From: Escherichia coli
Lineage (GTDB): Bacteria; Pseudomonadota; Gammaproteobacteria; Enterobacterales; Enterobacteriaceae
Strand: one strand, 5' to 3'
DNA length: 64,000 bases
Assembly (NCBI RefSeq): GCF_003991155.1
Contig: NZ_CP031293.1
Under the pieces are notes generated by a model that worked only from the letters and a program-made list of their open reading frames with translations, was not told the origin of the DNA and made no database searches. Of the stretch, positions 24,289 through 33,312 are shown one piece after another; within the stretch, counting starts at the first letter, position 1; each line of letters starts with the position of its first letter. Position numbers and translations under genes: made by a program.

Positions 24289-25289
24289 AAACAGAACGTA
24301 TTCTCGGTGCTCTTTATGGGCAGGCGTTAGGGGATGCGATGGGGATGCCCTCCGAGCTTTGGCCACGCAGCCGCGTTAAAGCACACTTTGGCTGGATTGA
24401 CCATTTTCTGCCTGGACCAAAGGAGAATAACGCAGCCTGTTATTTTAACCGCGCCGAATTCACCGACGATACCTCGATGGCGCTGTGTCTGGCGGATGCG
24501 TTACTGGAACGTGAAGGCGAGATCGATCCGGATCTGATTGGGCGTAATATTCTCGACTGGGCGCTGCGTTTCGACGCCTTTAACAAAAACGTACTAGGTC
24601 CGACCTCGAAGATTGCGCTTAACGCCATTCGCGACGGTAAACCCGTTGCTGAACTGGAAAATAACGGCGTGACCAACGGCGCAGCGATGCGCGTCTCGCC
24701 ATTAGGTTGTTTGCTTCCGGCGCGTGATGTTGATTCCTTTATTGATGATGTGGCGCTGGCCTCCAGCCCGACCCATAAATCCGATCTGGCAGTTGCAGGT
24801 GCGGTAGTCATCGCATGGGCGATTTCTCGTGCCATTGACGGAGAAAGCTGGTCAGCGATTGTTGATTCACTGCCTTCAATTGCGCGACATGCACAGCAAA
24901 AACGCATCACTACCTTCAGCGCCTCACTGGCAGCACGTCTGGAGATTGCGCTGAAAATTGTGCGCAATGCCGACGGCACCGAATCCGCCAGCGAACAGCT
25001 GTATCAGGTCGTTGGCGCAGGTACCAGCACTATTGAGTCCGTTCCGTGCGCCATTGCGCTGGTTGAACTGGCACAAACCGACCCGAATCGCTGCGCCGTC
25101 CTGTGCGCTAACCTTGGCGGCGACACAGACACCATAGGTGCTATGGCGACGGCAATTTGCGGCGCGTTGCATGGCGTTAACGCTATCGATCCTGCGTTAA
25201 AGGCGGAACTGGATGCGGTAAATCAGCTTGATTTCAACCGCTATGCCACAGCGCTGGCGAAGTATCGCCAACAACGGGAGGCGGTATGA
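24285..25289 (+). CDS. yegU: YegU ADP-ribosylglycohydrolase-family protein (334 aa)
   Basis: ARH family motifs (GALYGQALGDAMGMP; GGDTDTIGAM). 4-nt overlap with yegT. Confidence 0.9.
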   Translation: MKTERILGALYGQALGDAMGMPSELWPRSRVKAHFGWIDHFLPGPKENNAACYFNRAEFTDDTSMALCLADALLEREGEIDPDLIGRNILDWALRFDAFNKNVLGPTSKIALNAIRDGKPVAELENNGVTNGAAMRVSPLGCLLPARDVDSFIDDVALASSPTHKSDLAVAGAVVIAWAISRAIDGESWSAIVDSLPSIARHAQQKRITTFSASLAARLEIALKIVRNADGTESASEQLYQVVGAGTSTIESVPCAIALVELAQTDPNRCAVLCANLGGDTDTIGAMATAICGALHGVNAIDPALKAELDAVNQLDFNRYATALAKYRQQREAV

Positions 25290-26251
25290 GCAGCGCTCGA
25301 TTACACACGCTGCTGCCTGAATTAACCACGCGTCAGCCAGTGATGGTCGTCGGCGCGGCGGTCATTGATGTGATCGCCGACGCTTATGCCCTCCCCTGGC
25401 GTGGGTGCGATATCGAACTGAAACAGCAGAGCGTTAACGTTGGCGGCTGTGCACTGAATATTGCCGTGGCATTAAAGCGCCTCGGCATCGAAGCGGGTAA
25501 TGCCTTGCCGCTCGGTCAGGGGGTGTGGGCGGAGATTATTCGCAACCGGATGGCAAAAGAGGACTTAATCAGCCTGATCGATAACGCCGAAGGTGATAAC
25601 GGCTGGTGTCTGGCGCTGGTTGAGCCGGATGGCGAACGCACTTTTATGTCATTCAGCGGTGTGGAAAATCAGTGGAATCGCCAATGGCTGGCACGATTAA
25701 CCGTTGCGCCTGGCAGCCTGCTCTATTTTTCCGGTTATCAACTGGCCTCGCCCTGCGGCGAATTGTTAGTGGAATGGCTGGAAGAGCTGCAAGACGTGAC
25801 GCCATTTATCGATTTTGGCCCACGTATTGGCGATATCCCGGATGCATTACTGGCGCGGATCATGGCCTGTCGACCTTTAGTGTCACTCAATCGTCAAGAG
25901 GCTGAGATTGCCGCCGAACGTTTTGCTCTATCCGCAGAGATAACAACACTAGGCAAGCAATGGCAGGAGAAATTTGCCGCGCCGTTGATCGTTCGTCTCG
26001 ATAAAGAGGGCGCATGGTATTTCAGCAACGACGCTTCTGGCTGCATTCCGGCATTTCCAACGCAAGTTGTAGACACCATTGGGGCGGGCGACAGTCATGC
26101 CGGCGGCGTACTTGCCGGGCTGGCCTCTGGTCTGCCACTGGCGGATGCCGTATTACTGGGCAATGCAGTGGCGTCGTGGGTTGTCGGGCATCGGGGCGGT
26201 GATTGTGCGCCAACGCGCGAGGAACTACTCCTCGCACACAAAAACGTATAG
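25286..26251 (+). CDS. yegV: YegV PfkB-family sugar/nucleoside kinase (321 aa)
   Basis: PfkB signature (DTIGAGDSHAGG). 4-nt overlap with yegU. Confidence 0.9.
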   Translation: MSSARLHTLLPELTTRQPVMVVGAAVIDVIADAYALPWRGCDIELKQQSVNVGGCALNIAVALKRLGIEAGNALPLGQGVWAEIIRNRMAKEDLISLIDNAEGDNGWCLALVEPDGERTFMSFSGVENQWNRQWLARLTVAPGSLLYFSGYQLASPCGELLVEWLEELQDVTPFIDFGPRIGDIPDALLARIMACRPLVSLNRQEAEIAAERFALSAEITTLGKQWQEKFAAPLIVRLDKEGAWYFSNDASGCIPAFPTQVVDTIGAGDSHAGGVLAGLASGLPLADAVLLGNAVASWVVGHRGGDCAPTREELLLAHKNV

Positions 26252-26971
26252 ATCGCTGCGACAGTGGCTGATGCTGTACTCAATAGGCCGTTGCTGTTGG
26301 TCAAGCGCCACTTGCTTGATCACCAGCACCGGTATTTTGCTATCTAACTGAATATGTGACTGAAACTCGGCATCCGGCATCCGGGCGCTAACGCGGGAAC
26401 GCGTACGTTGTGGGTAAATGTGCTGGCTGCGGAAGTAGTCATAAAGAGAAATCCCGATGGCATCAACATCATGAATTAAATGTGCCGGAACCCACGATTC
26501 CTCAATCGATACCGCTTCTTCATCGACATAGCGAATACGCTTAAGCAAAAAGACATCACTTCCCGCTTCGACCGCCAGCTGCTGCGCAACTTCTTCGGGA
26601 CATTTCACGACACGCTTGTTAACCCATAGCGTATCGGGCTTTTTCCCGCGCAATACCACCTGCTGAGAAAAACCTCGCGCTTCTTTCAACGAGTATTCGA
26701 AGATGTTGTTGATCTGCGTACCGTAACCACGCGAACGCGTCACCACGCCCTCTTCTTCCAGCGCCTGCATCGCCTTGCGCACCGTAATGCGCGAAACGCC
26801 GGTTAACTGACTTAAATCACGCTCACCGGGCAAAATATTGCCATGCTCCAGCACCCCGCTGCGCACGGCATTTTTTACCGTTTCGGCAAACTTAATATAA
26901 AGCGGCGTGTTATCCGCCGCTAAAATACGTTCGTTCAGTTGGGCAATCAGCTGGGTATGCGCTTGTTCCAT
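26225..26971 (-). CDS. yegW: YegW GntR/HutC-family transcriptional regulator (248 aa)
   Basis: GntR wHTH (LPGERDLSQLTGVSRITVRKAMQALE) plus a UTRA domain. Its 3' end overlaps the yegV 3' end by 27 nt. Confidence 0.9.
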   Translation of the reverse strand: MEQAHTQLIAQLNERILAADNTPLYIKFAETVKNAVRSGVLEHGNILPGERDLSQLTGVSRITVRKAMQALEEEGVVTRSRGYGTQINNIFEYSLKEARGFSQQVVLRGKKPDTLWVNKRVVKCPEEVAQQLAVEAGSDVFLLKRIRYVDEEAVSIEESWVPAHLIHDVDAIGISLYDYFRSQHIYPQRTRSRVSARMPDAEFQSHIQLDSKIPVLVIKQVALDQQQRPIEYSISHCRSDLYVFVCEE

Positions 26972-27022
26972 TTGTCTTTTTCCTGCCGGGGAGTCTGGTG
27001 GGAGTATATCACTGCTTCTTAT

Positions 27023-27841
27023 TTAAGGCGTTTCTTTAATCCCATCAACGAATCCCTGCAACTCCTCCTCTGTGCCATTAAACACATTAAAATCCACCGG
27101 ACCATTAATGCCATCTACCTGCCCACGGTCGGAATGCTGCCAGAAGCGCCAGGCCATGCCGTCATTGTCCGGACGACGTTGATAGTAGTGAGCCACCCAC
27201 CACGGATATTCATTGAAATAGCCCGCCAGATTCGTGTGATAAAAAACGGCTCCTGAGTAAATAATCGGCTTTTTCCCCGTACTTTTTTCGACCATTTTTA
27301 GCCACTGACTTACCCGCTTGCGTAATTCTTTTGCCGATAATTTTCCCCGTTCTTCTACGTCCAGCACGGCAGGGAAATCGCCTTGTGAGAAATCCACCGT
27401 TTGCAGAAATAATCTCGCCTGAACTGAAGCGGATACCGACGGGGAAAAATAATGATACGCCCCGCGCAGCAGGCCATTTTCGCGGCTTAGTTGCCAGTTA
27501 CGCGAAAAATAGGGGTCCACCAGCTTTTCGCCTTCCGTCGCCTTAATAAAGGCAAATTGTAAGCGAATACCGTTATCGCGCATTTTTGCCACCCGCTGCC
27601 AGTCGATTCGCTCCTGCCAGCGTGAAACATCAATACCATGAATGGTGTAACTGGCAGGAATGCGAATAGCAAAAGATTTGACCGGGCGATAACCGTAGAA
27701 GTGGATGTAGTCTTTAATCTGAATTGCTGTCGAATAGAAAAAATTCACCGTCTGACGCGGATAAATTGCAACGATGGAAATTAGCCCAAGAGCGCATAAT
27801 AAAGCGGTGAATTTTTTTCGACTGGTGATTCTCAGCTGCAT
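27023..27841 (-). CDS. yegX: YegX glycoside hydrolase family 25 (lysozyme-like) protein (272 aa; track ORF extends to 27850)
   Basis: GH25 motifs (GIDVSRWQ..IDW; FAFIKATEG). N-terminal membrane anchor or signal. Confidence 0.85.
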   Translation of the reverse strand: MQLRITSRKKFTALLCALGLISIVAIYPRQTVNFFYSTAIQIKDYIHFYGYRPVKSFAIRIPASYTIHGIDVSRWQERIDWQRVAKMRDNGIRLQFAFIKATEGEKLVDPYFSRNWQLSRENGLLRGAYHYFSPSVSASVQARLFLQTVDFSQGDFPAVLDVEERGKLSAKELRKRVSQWLKMVEKSTGKKPIIYSGAVFYHTNLAGYFNEYPWWVAHYYQRRPDNDGMAWRFWQHSDRGQVDGINGPVDFNVFNGTEEELQGFVDGIKETP

Positions 27842-27905
27842 TGGTTTCATCCCTGAATGTCAGCGCCAAAGGCTGACAATAACCAAAGCAGCTATAGTAC
27901 GGTGC

Positions 27906-28706
27906 TCACCACCAGGCGTGGAAGTGGTGAACCGGACCAATACCGTGACCAACTTCCAGCGTGTCGGCCTGGGCTAACGCCGATGAAAGCCAGCTTTTTG
28001 CCTCCTGTACGGTGTCAGCCCAGTTTGTATGGCGCGGGCGCAGTGCAGCCAACGCCGCAGAGAGCGTACAACCAGTGCCGTGAGTGTTTTTGGTCATAAT
28101 GCGCGGTGCGGTAAACCGTTGTTCACCCTCGCGGGTAAACAGCCAGTCCGGGCTTTGCTCATCATCCAGATGACCACCTTTCATTAGCACTGCGCCACAG
28201 CCCATCGCCAACAGCGATCGCCCTTGTTCCAGCATTTCCTGTTCGGTGCGCGCGTGTGGCGCGTCGAGCAAGGCGGCTGCTTCGGGCAAGTTTGGCGTTA
28301 TTAATGAAACATGTGGCAATAATCGACTGCGTAGCGTGGCAACTGCCGAAGGTGAAAGCAGCGGGTCGCCGCTTTTTGCCAGCATAACGGTGTCGAGTAC
28401 CACGTTTTGGATCTGATAACGTTGCAACCGTTCTGCCACCGCTTCAACAATATCGGTTTCCGCCAACATACCGATTTTAGTGGTGTCGATTCGCACATCA
28501 CTGAACACCGAATCGAGCTGGGCGGCGACAAAATCAGGCTCAATGCGATACACCGACTGTACGCCACGGGTATTTTGCGCCACCAGTGCAGTAATCACTG
28601 AGCAACCATAAGCGCCAAGTGCCGAGAAGGTTTTAAGATCGGCCTGAATCCCCGCACCACCACTCGGATCAGTACCGGCAATCGTCAGAGCGTTAATTCG
28701 TTTCAT
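27906..28706 (-). CDS. thiD: ThiD hydroxymethylpyrimidine/phosphomethylpyrimidine kinase (266 aa)
   Basis: MKRINALTIAGTDPSGGAGIQADLKTFSALGAYG is the canonical ThiD N-terminus. Confidence 0.96.
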   Translation of the reverse strand: MKRINALTIAGTDPSGGAGIQADLKTFSALGAYGCSVITALVAQNTRGVQSVYRIEPDFVAAQLDSVFSDVRIDTTKIGMLAETDIVEAVAERLQRYQIQNVVLDTVMLAKSGDPLLSPSAVATLRSRLLPHVSLITPNLPEAAALLDAPHARTEQEMLEQGRSLLAMGCGAVLMKGGHLDDEQSPDWLFTREGEQRFTAPRIMTKNTHGTGCTLSAALAALRPRHTNWADTVQEAKSWLSSALAQADTLEVGHGIGPVHHFHAWW

Positions 28707-28729
28707 GCCTGCACCTCCTGCGTCAATTG

Positions 28730-29491
28730 TCAGAGCGCATCAAGGAAATGTGGAACAAAACTGCCTGGCCCCTCGCTTCTGGCAACTGCGCGTTCTCCGG
28801 CTTGTTTCATCCAGTGACAGGCAGATGCGATATTTTCCAGCGTATCGCCTGGTAGCGCACAACAGGCAGCGACAACCGCCGATAATGCACAGCCAGTTCC
28901 TACCACTTTGGTCATTAGCGGATCGCCACCGTGAATGCCAACGATACGATGTCCATCGGTAACATAATCCACCTCGCCAGTGACCACGACGATTGCGCCA
29001 GTTTCCCGTGCCAGTGTTTGTGCAGCAGGTATCGCGTTAGCTGCGGCATCAGTGGTATCCACTCCCCGTCCGCCATTAGCAACGCCAGCTAATGCCATGA
29101 TTTCCGAAGCATTACCACGTATGGCGGTTGGCTTATGAGACAGAAGTTCCAGACAAAAACGGCGGCGATAATCGAGTGCACCCACCGCTACTGGATCAAG
29201 CGTCCAGGGTGTTTGAGAGCGTTTTGCCTGTTCAACGGCGGCACGCATCGCCTGTGCGCGTGGCTGCGTCAGCGTGCCAACGTTAATCAGCAACGCACTG
29301 GCGATTGCCGCAAACTGACTGGCCTCTTCGGTTTCGATGACCATCGCTGGCGATGCACCGAGCGCCAGTAAGGTATTGGCAGTAAAGGTTTGCACCACAT
29401 CATTGGTCATACAGTGCACAAGGGGGGAATGTTTGTGAAAAAGATGTAACGCGTGCGCAGATTGCGCGGAACTCAGCAGGTCGACTTGCAT
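28730..29491 (-). CDS. thiM: ThiM hydroxyethylthiazole kinase (253 aa; ends at an in-frame TGA 27 nt before the thiD-overlapping stop)
   Basis: [39 protein letters not shown]... The riboswitch lies directly upstream. Confidence 0.93.
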   Translation of the reverse strand: MQVDLLSSAQSAHALHLFHKHSPLVHCMTNDVVQTFTANTLLALGASPAMVIETEEASQFAAIASALLINVGTLTQPRAQAMRAAVEQAKRSQTPWTLDPVAVGALDYRRRFCLELLSHKPTAIRGNASEIMALAGVANGGRGVDTTDAAANAIPAAQTLARETGAIVVVTGEVDYVTDGHRIVGIHGGDPLMTKVVGTGCALSAVVAACCALPGDTLENIASACHWMKQAGERAVARSEGPGSFVPHFLDAL

Positions 29492-29625
29492 AGTTTGCTC
29501 CTGCCATAACGTGAAGAAGCAATGACCTGGTGGTCCGTGACTTCCCTACGCTGGCATTATCCAGATCAGGTGATACGGGTATTTCTCAGCCTTCACGCAG
29601 AAGGGCACCCCGAGTCGTTTGGTTG
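29492..29625 (-). promoter_or_regulatory. thiM TPP (thi-box) riboswitch: aptamer plus SD-sequestering expression platform
   Basis: The minus strand reads ..AACCAAACGACUCGGGGUGCCCUUCUGCGUGAAGGCUGAGAAAUACCCGUAUCACCUGAUCUGGAUAAUGCCAGCGUAGGGAAGUCACGGACCACCAGGUCAUUGCUUCUUCACGUUAUGGCAGGAGCAAACUAUG. This is the well-studied E. coli thiM riboswitch sequence. Confidence 0.93.
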
Positions 29626-29837
29626 AATCTCTATATTTTGTGCCAGCTTAGGGGAAGTGGCTTGCAGATGCAAGCTCGCCTCCATTAATTGCTTCTTCTC
29701 TGTGTACCCCATTTTGTACCCCATATCAGAAATGAAAAAGAAACATTTAACATCTATCATTCAGATGATAAAAACTATTGATTATCTTAATTTGCTAATT
29801 TATATTATTTATCTAAATTTGATAGGTGAGATAAAAA

Positions 29838-30077
29838 ATGACAGAAACCCAGATCTACGAGAACATTAAGCAAGCCATTAGCAGCGCACCACGAAATAGC
29901 CAAACGATGGAAATGCACCTCCAGATGATCAAATATGCTGACCATCTGAAAAAGGTTACGGCAAAAGAGTTTTGTGAAGGTGTAGGACTTAAAGCCAGCT
30001 TTGGTACAGAGTTCAGCAAAATGAGAAATCTTACCGAGCGACTCAAAGCTGCTGGACTTGACACCACGAAGTTATAA
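29838..30077 (+). CDS. Hypothetical small protein (79 aa), island-borne
   Basis: ORF preceded by an AT-rich promoter-like region and GGTGAGATAAAAAATG. No family recognised. Confidence 0.5.
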   Translation: MTETQIYENIKQAISSAPRNSQTMEMHLQMIKYADHLKKVTAKEFCEGVGLKASFGTEFSKMRNLTERLKAAGLDTTKL

Positions 30078-30242
30078 AAAACAAATCATCAATATATTAT
30101 TTTTGTTTTCCAGACTTACTTGCATATGTTTCTACGAGCATAAAAAACAACAACCACCACATAGCTATTACCATAATAATGTTTTCCTTTTATATTAAAC
30201 AGAGAAATAGAATTAGAGCGTGGAATAGATGAATTCTATTTT

Positions 30243-30488
30243 CTATAACTTCTTGAGGTTGAATGTAGAAAAAGACAGCTCTTTCATTTCAATAACACCG
30301 AAATTTGATAGCTGTTTCAGCCAGAATTTTAAACCTGACTCAGAGCAACCTGCTCGATGTAACACATCGCTATATTTTAGCGGTGTTGGCTTTCCTTTAT
30401 AGAGGTAAACAAGCGTTTCGTAGGTGTGTTTTCCGGTGTCGTTACACTGAATGCGGTCTACTTGATTTTTTACTAAATATTGGATCAT
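30243..30488 (-). CDS. Hypothetical small protein, possible winged-helix DNA-binding protein (81 aa)
   Basis: ORF starts 12 nt downstream of the stop of the 239-aa gene, with an AGGAGGA RBS. wHTH-like segment (YSDVLHRAGCSESGLKFWLKQLSNFGVI). Confidence 0.5.
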   Translation of the reverse strand: MIQYLVKNQVDRIQCNDTGKHTYETLVYLYKGKPTPLKYSDVLHRAGCSESGLKFWLKQLSNFGVIEMKELSFSTFNLKKL

Positions 30489-30499
30489 AGTCCTCCTTA

Positions 30500-31219
30500 T
30501 TAAAATGGAATGTCAAAATCGTCCTCTTCTGTCTCAGGTATCGTGTATATATGTTCTCTTCCTGTAAATTCAGAAACCACTATTGAAATTAGCCTGTATG
30601 CCTCTATTTTATCGCCCTGCGTTTCAGCTAAAGCCCACTCAAGGGCTGCTTCTGTTGGCTGTCCATTCGGTTTGCAAATAGTGACACCGCCCCAAGGAAG
30701 CTCTGTTTTTTCCTGCTGAATAGAGCGTGTTGTTTCTAGTGTTTTTTTATCTTCCGTAGGGGGAAGCTGTTCAGGAACAGCTTTAACAGTAGATACTTGC
30801 TCTGTCTGTGGCTTTTCTGCATTTACAGAGGCTTTCGCTTCTCTTGGTGCTGTAATATGTGCATCTGTAAAGGGTAATGCTTTATAGAGTGATGTTTGAC
30901 CGTGGCGTGCCTCTACAGAAAGAACTCCCATATCAACAAACATATTTATAATATTGCGTACCTGACGATCACTAACCATTCCAATATTAGCTAATGTTTT
31001 TTGAGTAGCGTAACATTCTTGCCCTTGTTCATTGAATCCAGCTATATAGCTATAGATTTCAACGGCTGGCAGTGTAGCGGTGTATTCATTACCAGATGGT
31101 GAGTACCATTTTTTAAACATCTTCAACCATTGCTCAACAACTACATATTTTTGTTTACCATCTTTCTGATTTAGACATTTGGCTTTCGCTTCGGCAATTG
31201 TTTTGATATTTTTGATCAT
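30500..31219 (-). CDS. wHTH replication-initiator-like protein with a Pro/Glu/Lys/Thr-rich (likely disordered) linker and an SSB-tip-like C-terminus (239 aa)
   Basis: HTH segment ATQKTLANIGMVSDRQVRNIINMFVDMGVL, typical of phage/plasmid O/DnaD-like N-terminal wHTH proteins. The C-terminus is ...ETEEDDFDIPF. Confidence 0.6.
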   Translation of the reverse strand: MIKNIKTIAEAKAKCLNQKDGKQKYVVVEQWLKMFKKWYSPSGNEYTATLPAVEIYSYIAGFNEQGQECYATQKTLANIGMVSDRQVRNIINMFVDMGVLSVEARHGQTSLYKALPFTDAHITAPREAKASVNAEKPQTEQVSTVKAVPEQLPPTEDKKTLETTRSIQQEKTELPWGGVTICKPNGQPTEAALEWALAETQGDKIEAYRLISIVVSEFTGREHIYTIPETEEDDFDIPF

Positions 31220-31343
31220 TTAGTTCCTCCTTTGTAAGGACTGTAATTAGTAGTTCATTAACAAGTTTTGGAATTGATTTCCCTTCTGCCTTTGCGCGAT
31301 TTAACAACGCGTTATAAGTTGCAGAGTCAAAATTAATATTCAT
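31155..31343 (-). CDS. Ribbon-helix-helix (Arc/CopG-like) small protein (62 aa)
   Basis: MNINFDSATYNALLNRAKAEGKSIPKLVNELL is an RHH-like pattern. GGAGAGGAGAA RBS lies 7 nt upstream of ATG 31343. The 3' end overlaps the next gene by 65 nt, so the exact extent is uncertain. Confidence 0.5.
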   Translation of the reverse strand: MNINFDSATYNALLNRAKAEGKSIPKLVNELLITVLTKEELNDQKYQNNCRSESQMSKSERW

Positions 31344-31365
31344 TTGGTTTTCTCCTCTCCTGTTA

Positions 31366-31548
31366 TTATTCTTTCTCTGCTTCTGCCTTACGCAGTTCAT
31401 CAATAATCTTGAGTGCATCGTCAAAGCATTTTTCACGCTCTGGATAACCTCGACTCCTTGCCATATTACGATTCATTACTACTTGATGTCGTGTTAACTC
31501 ACCTTTTTTAAATGCCTCTACGACGTGTTCCGGTATAAACCATTTCAT
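31366..31548 (-). CDS. Hypothetical small protein (60 aa), first gene of the leftward island operon
   Basis: AAGGAG RBS 7 nt upstream. Candidate promoter TTGACA-N17-AATAAT on the minus strand at 31687-31659. Confidence 0.5.
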   Translation of the reverse strand: MKWFIPEHVVEAFKKGELTRHQVVMNRNMARSRGYPEREKCFDDALKIIDELRKAEAEKE

Positions 31549-33312
31549 AAAAAACTCCTTATTCAGTTAAAAGAAAAACACCTTGCAAGCCTGACGGCTT
31601 CAAAGTGCATTGATTTTGATTATTTAGAGAAGAATGTTTTTCTGTCCCTCTAGTACCTATTATTACATATAAATAAACATTTGTCAATATCTTTTCATAA
31701 AAAATCAGAACCTTTTCATGCACTTACATTTTTTCTTAGCGATTCGTGCTCTCCTGTGTAGTGCTATTCTTCATTACCAGCTAAAACGCTCTAAAACGCG
31801 TTCTAACGAAGTTTTGATAAAAGCAATACATTCTCTTATGTAATGGCTGTTTAGCTCGCCAGAGGCTTATTTAAGTGGCTTATTTTGTATTTGTTAGATG
31901 ATGATAGATATAAAACAGAGAGTTCTTAGATTAGTTACTTTATAAAACGCTCTGTAAAGCCCTGTAGTGAGTTTATATATGTAGGCAAAGCGGTTTCCAT
32001 TCTCTACCCTGCTTAATGCTGTTAGAGAAGCATTTAGACCCCTTATTTTTAATTACCTAAAGTATCCTCTATACATCTCTGTTATGAAACACCTCTGAAT
32101 CCTTCATAAAACACATTATGACGCAAAGAACACTTTTCTAAGGTGATTCCCTTCCTGAACTCTGTTTCTTGCGTCAGAGAGCTACACAGAGAGCTTATAA
32201 AGCTATTATTAATAATAAAGTAGATAAAGTAAGTAAGATAAGTAAGAAGATTAACTAAGATAGATAAGATTAATAAGATCAGAATTCTCTTTCGGTGTCG
32301 CCTCTGGCTTTTCCACCGAAAACAATTACACGACTACAGAATGTAGGAAGTGAAATTGTATTGAGGCTTAGTGAAATTACACGAGGAAAGCAGAGTGTAA
32401 TTGAGCTTTAGCCGCTCTCTCTTCGAGTAATTACACAACTACAGAGAATAACAGAGTTATTAAATGTAGGAGGGTAATTAAGAGTTAGAGAGAGTTAACA
32501 CGTAAGCAATCAGATGATTGGTTAGGTGATTACTCTTACTGCGCACAGCGCAATAGTATTCCTTCGTGGGCGTTACCGCCAACGATAGTTACACGAAGAA
32601 AGTAACGCTTTGCTTTCGGTGTGAGCGGAACGGGCCAGCCACAAAGCCCGAAAGGTAGCGGAGTAAGGCTGCTTGCCAGAGAGTGGAGCTAACGCCGGAA
32701 GGCAAAAGATCATATATATAGTATAAAGAATATTATTTAATTATAGTATTGGTGGAACTCATTACCTAAGGTAAACCGGAGACCACTTCCAACGGTTAGG
32801 CAACCACTTCCAATTGTGTTATTTCCCCTTTTACCCTAAGTAAATTTTAGCCTTTCGTTACATCCATTTATCACATAGCACTTACCCTGTGTAAATCATA
32901 GAATAATGCTCTCTATTCCCTGTGTAATTCCATACTAAAAAATTCAATGAAAAGTAGTTTAAAAGTGCAATGTTAGCTTTCTTCACTTTTACATCACTTT
33001 CGCTGCGCCTTGTGTAATGCGGCTTACAGAGCACTATCAGAAATTATTGATCAAAAATCAACCTATTATTTGTCGAACAAGTTTTCTTTAATGCAACAAA
33101 AATTATTTTTTCAAAATAAACACACAATTTAATAGCTTGCTAATTTTACCAAAATGTAACTACATGATTCTCATGCAAGAAGTGTAGTGATAAGGCAGGC
33201 TAAATCACCACACTAAAAAACTTCGAATTTCGTAGTGAAAAAAGTACTTTACACACCTAATCAACACGCCCAATAATCACTACACACAAATCAATACAGA
33301 AGAAAAAAGAAG
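31549..33312. other. 1.76-kb ORF-free, motif-dense region: candidate replication origin and/or structured ncRNA locus
   Basis: No ORF of 60 aa or more in any frame. ATTACAC/GTGTAAT heptamers occur in both orientations (32325, 32376, 32430 / 32395, 32922, 33012, and variant 32889). There is a C-poor TAAG-rich tract (32211-32280), a GC-richer hairpin-rich core (about 32520-32700) and a pure AT stretch (32711-32750). Confidence 0.5.
33182..33213. promoter_or_regulatory. Candidate recombinase binding (res-like) site: GTGTAGTGAT-N12-ATCACCACAC
   Basis: 10-bp inverted half-sites (1 mismatch) lie 100 bp upstream of the serine recombinase gene. Further half-site copies are at 33230 (+) and 33276 (-). 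Confidence 0.4.

Noticed and set aside
29641-29660. TGGCAC (minus strand) just upstream of the thiM-proximal riboswitch, as a possible sigma54 -24 element
   Set aside because: There is no TTGC-type -12 element at the required spacing of about 5 nt. This is probably chance.
31155-31436. 93-aa version of the RHH ORF starting at 31436
   Set aside because: The N-terminal 31 codons overlap the upstream 60-aa gene and lack an RBS. The internal ATG at 31343 has a strong GGAGAGGAG SD and begins the RHH beta-strand, so the shorter call is preferred.
32211-32285. TAAG/GATAAG-rich tract considered as a CRISPR-like or microsatellite array
   Set aside because: There is no fixed repeat-spacer periodicity and no cas genes anywhere in the window. 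It is better described as a strand-biased, C-poor, AT-rich tract within the origin-like region.
31756-33213. Idea that the ORF-free region is an invertible segment (Gin/Hin-like), with the recombinase gene just outside it
   Set aside because: Only the recombinase-proximal site (33182-33213) is a proper inverted-repeat crossover-like site. The distal matches (31756, 31962) are isolated half-sites without a partner half. No Hin/Gin-type AAACC-NN-GGTTT core was found. It is kept only as a check within the res finding.
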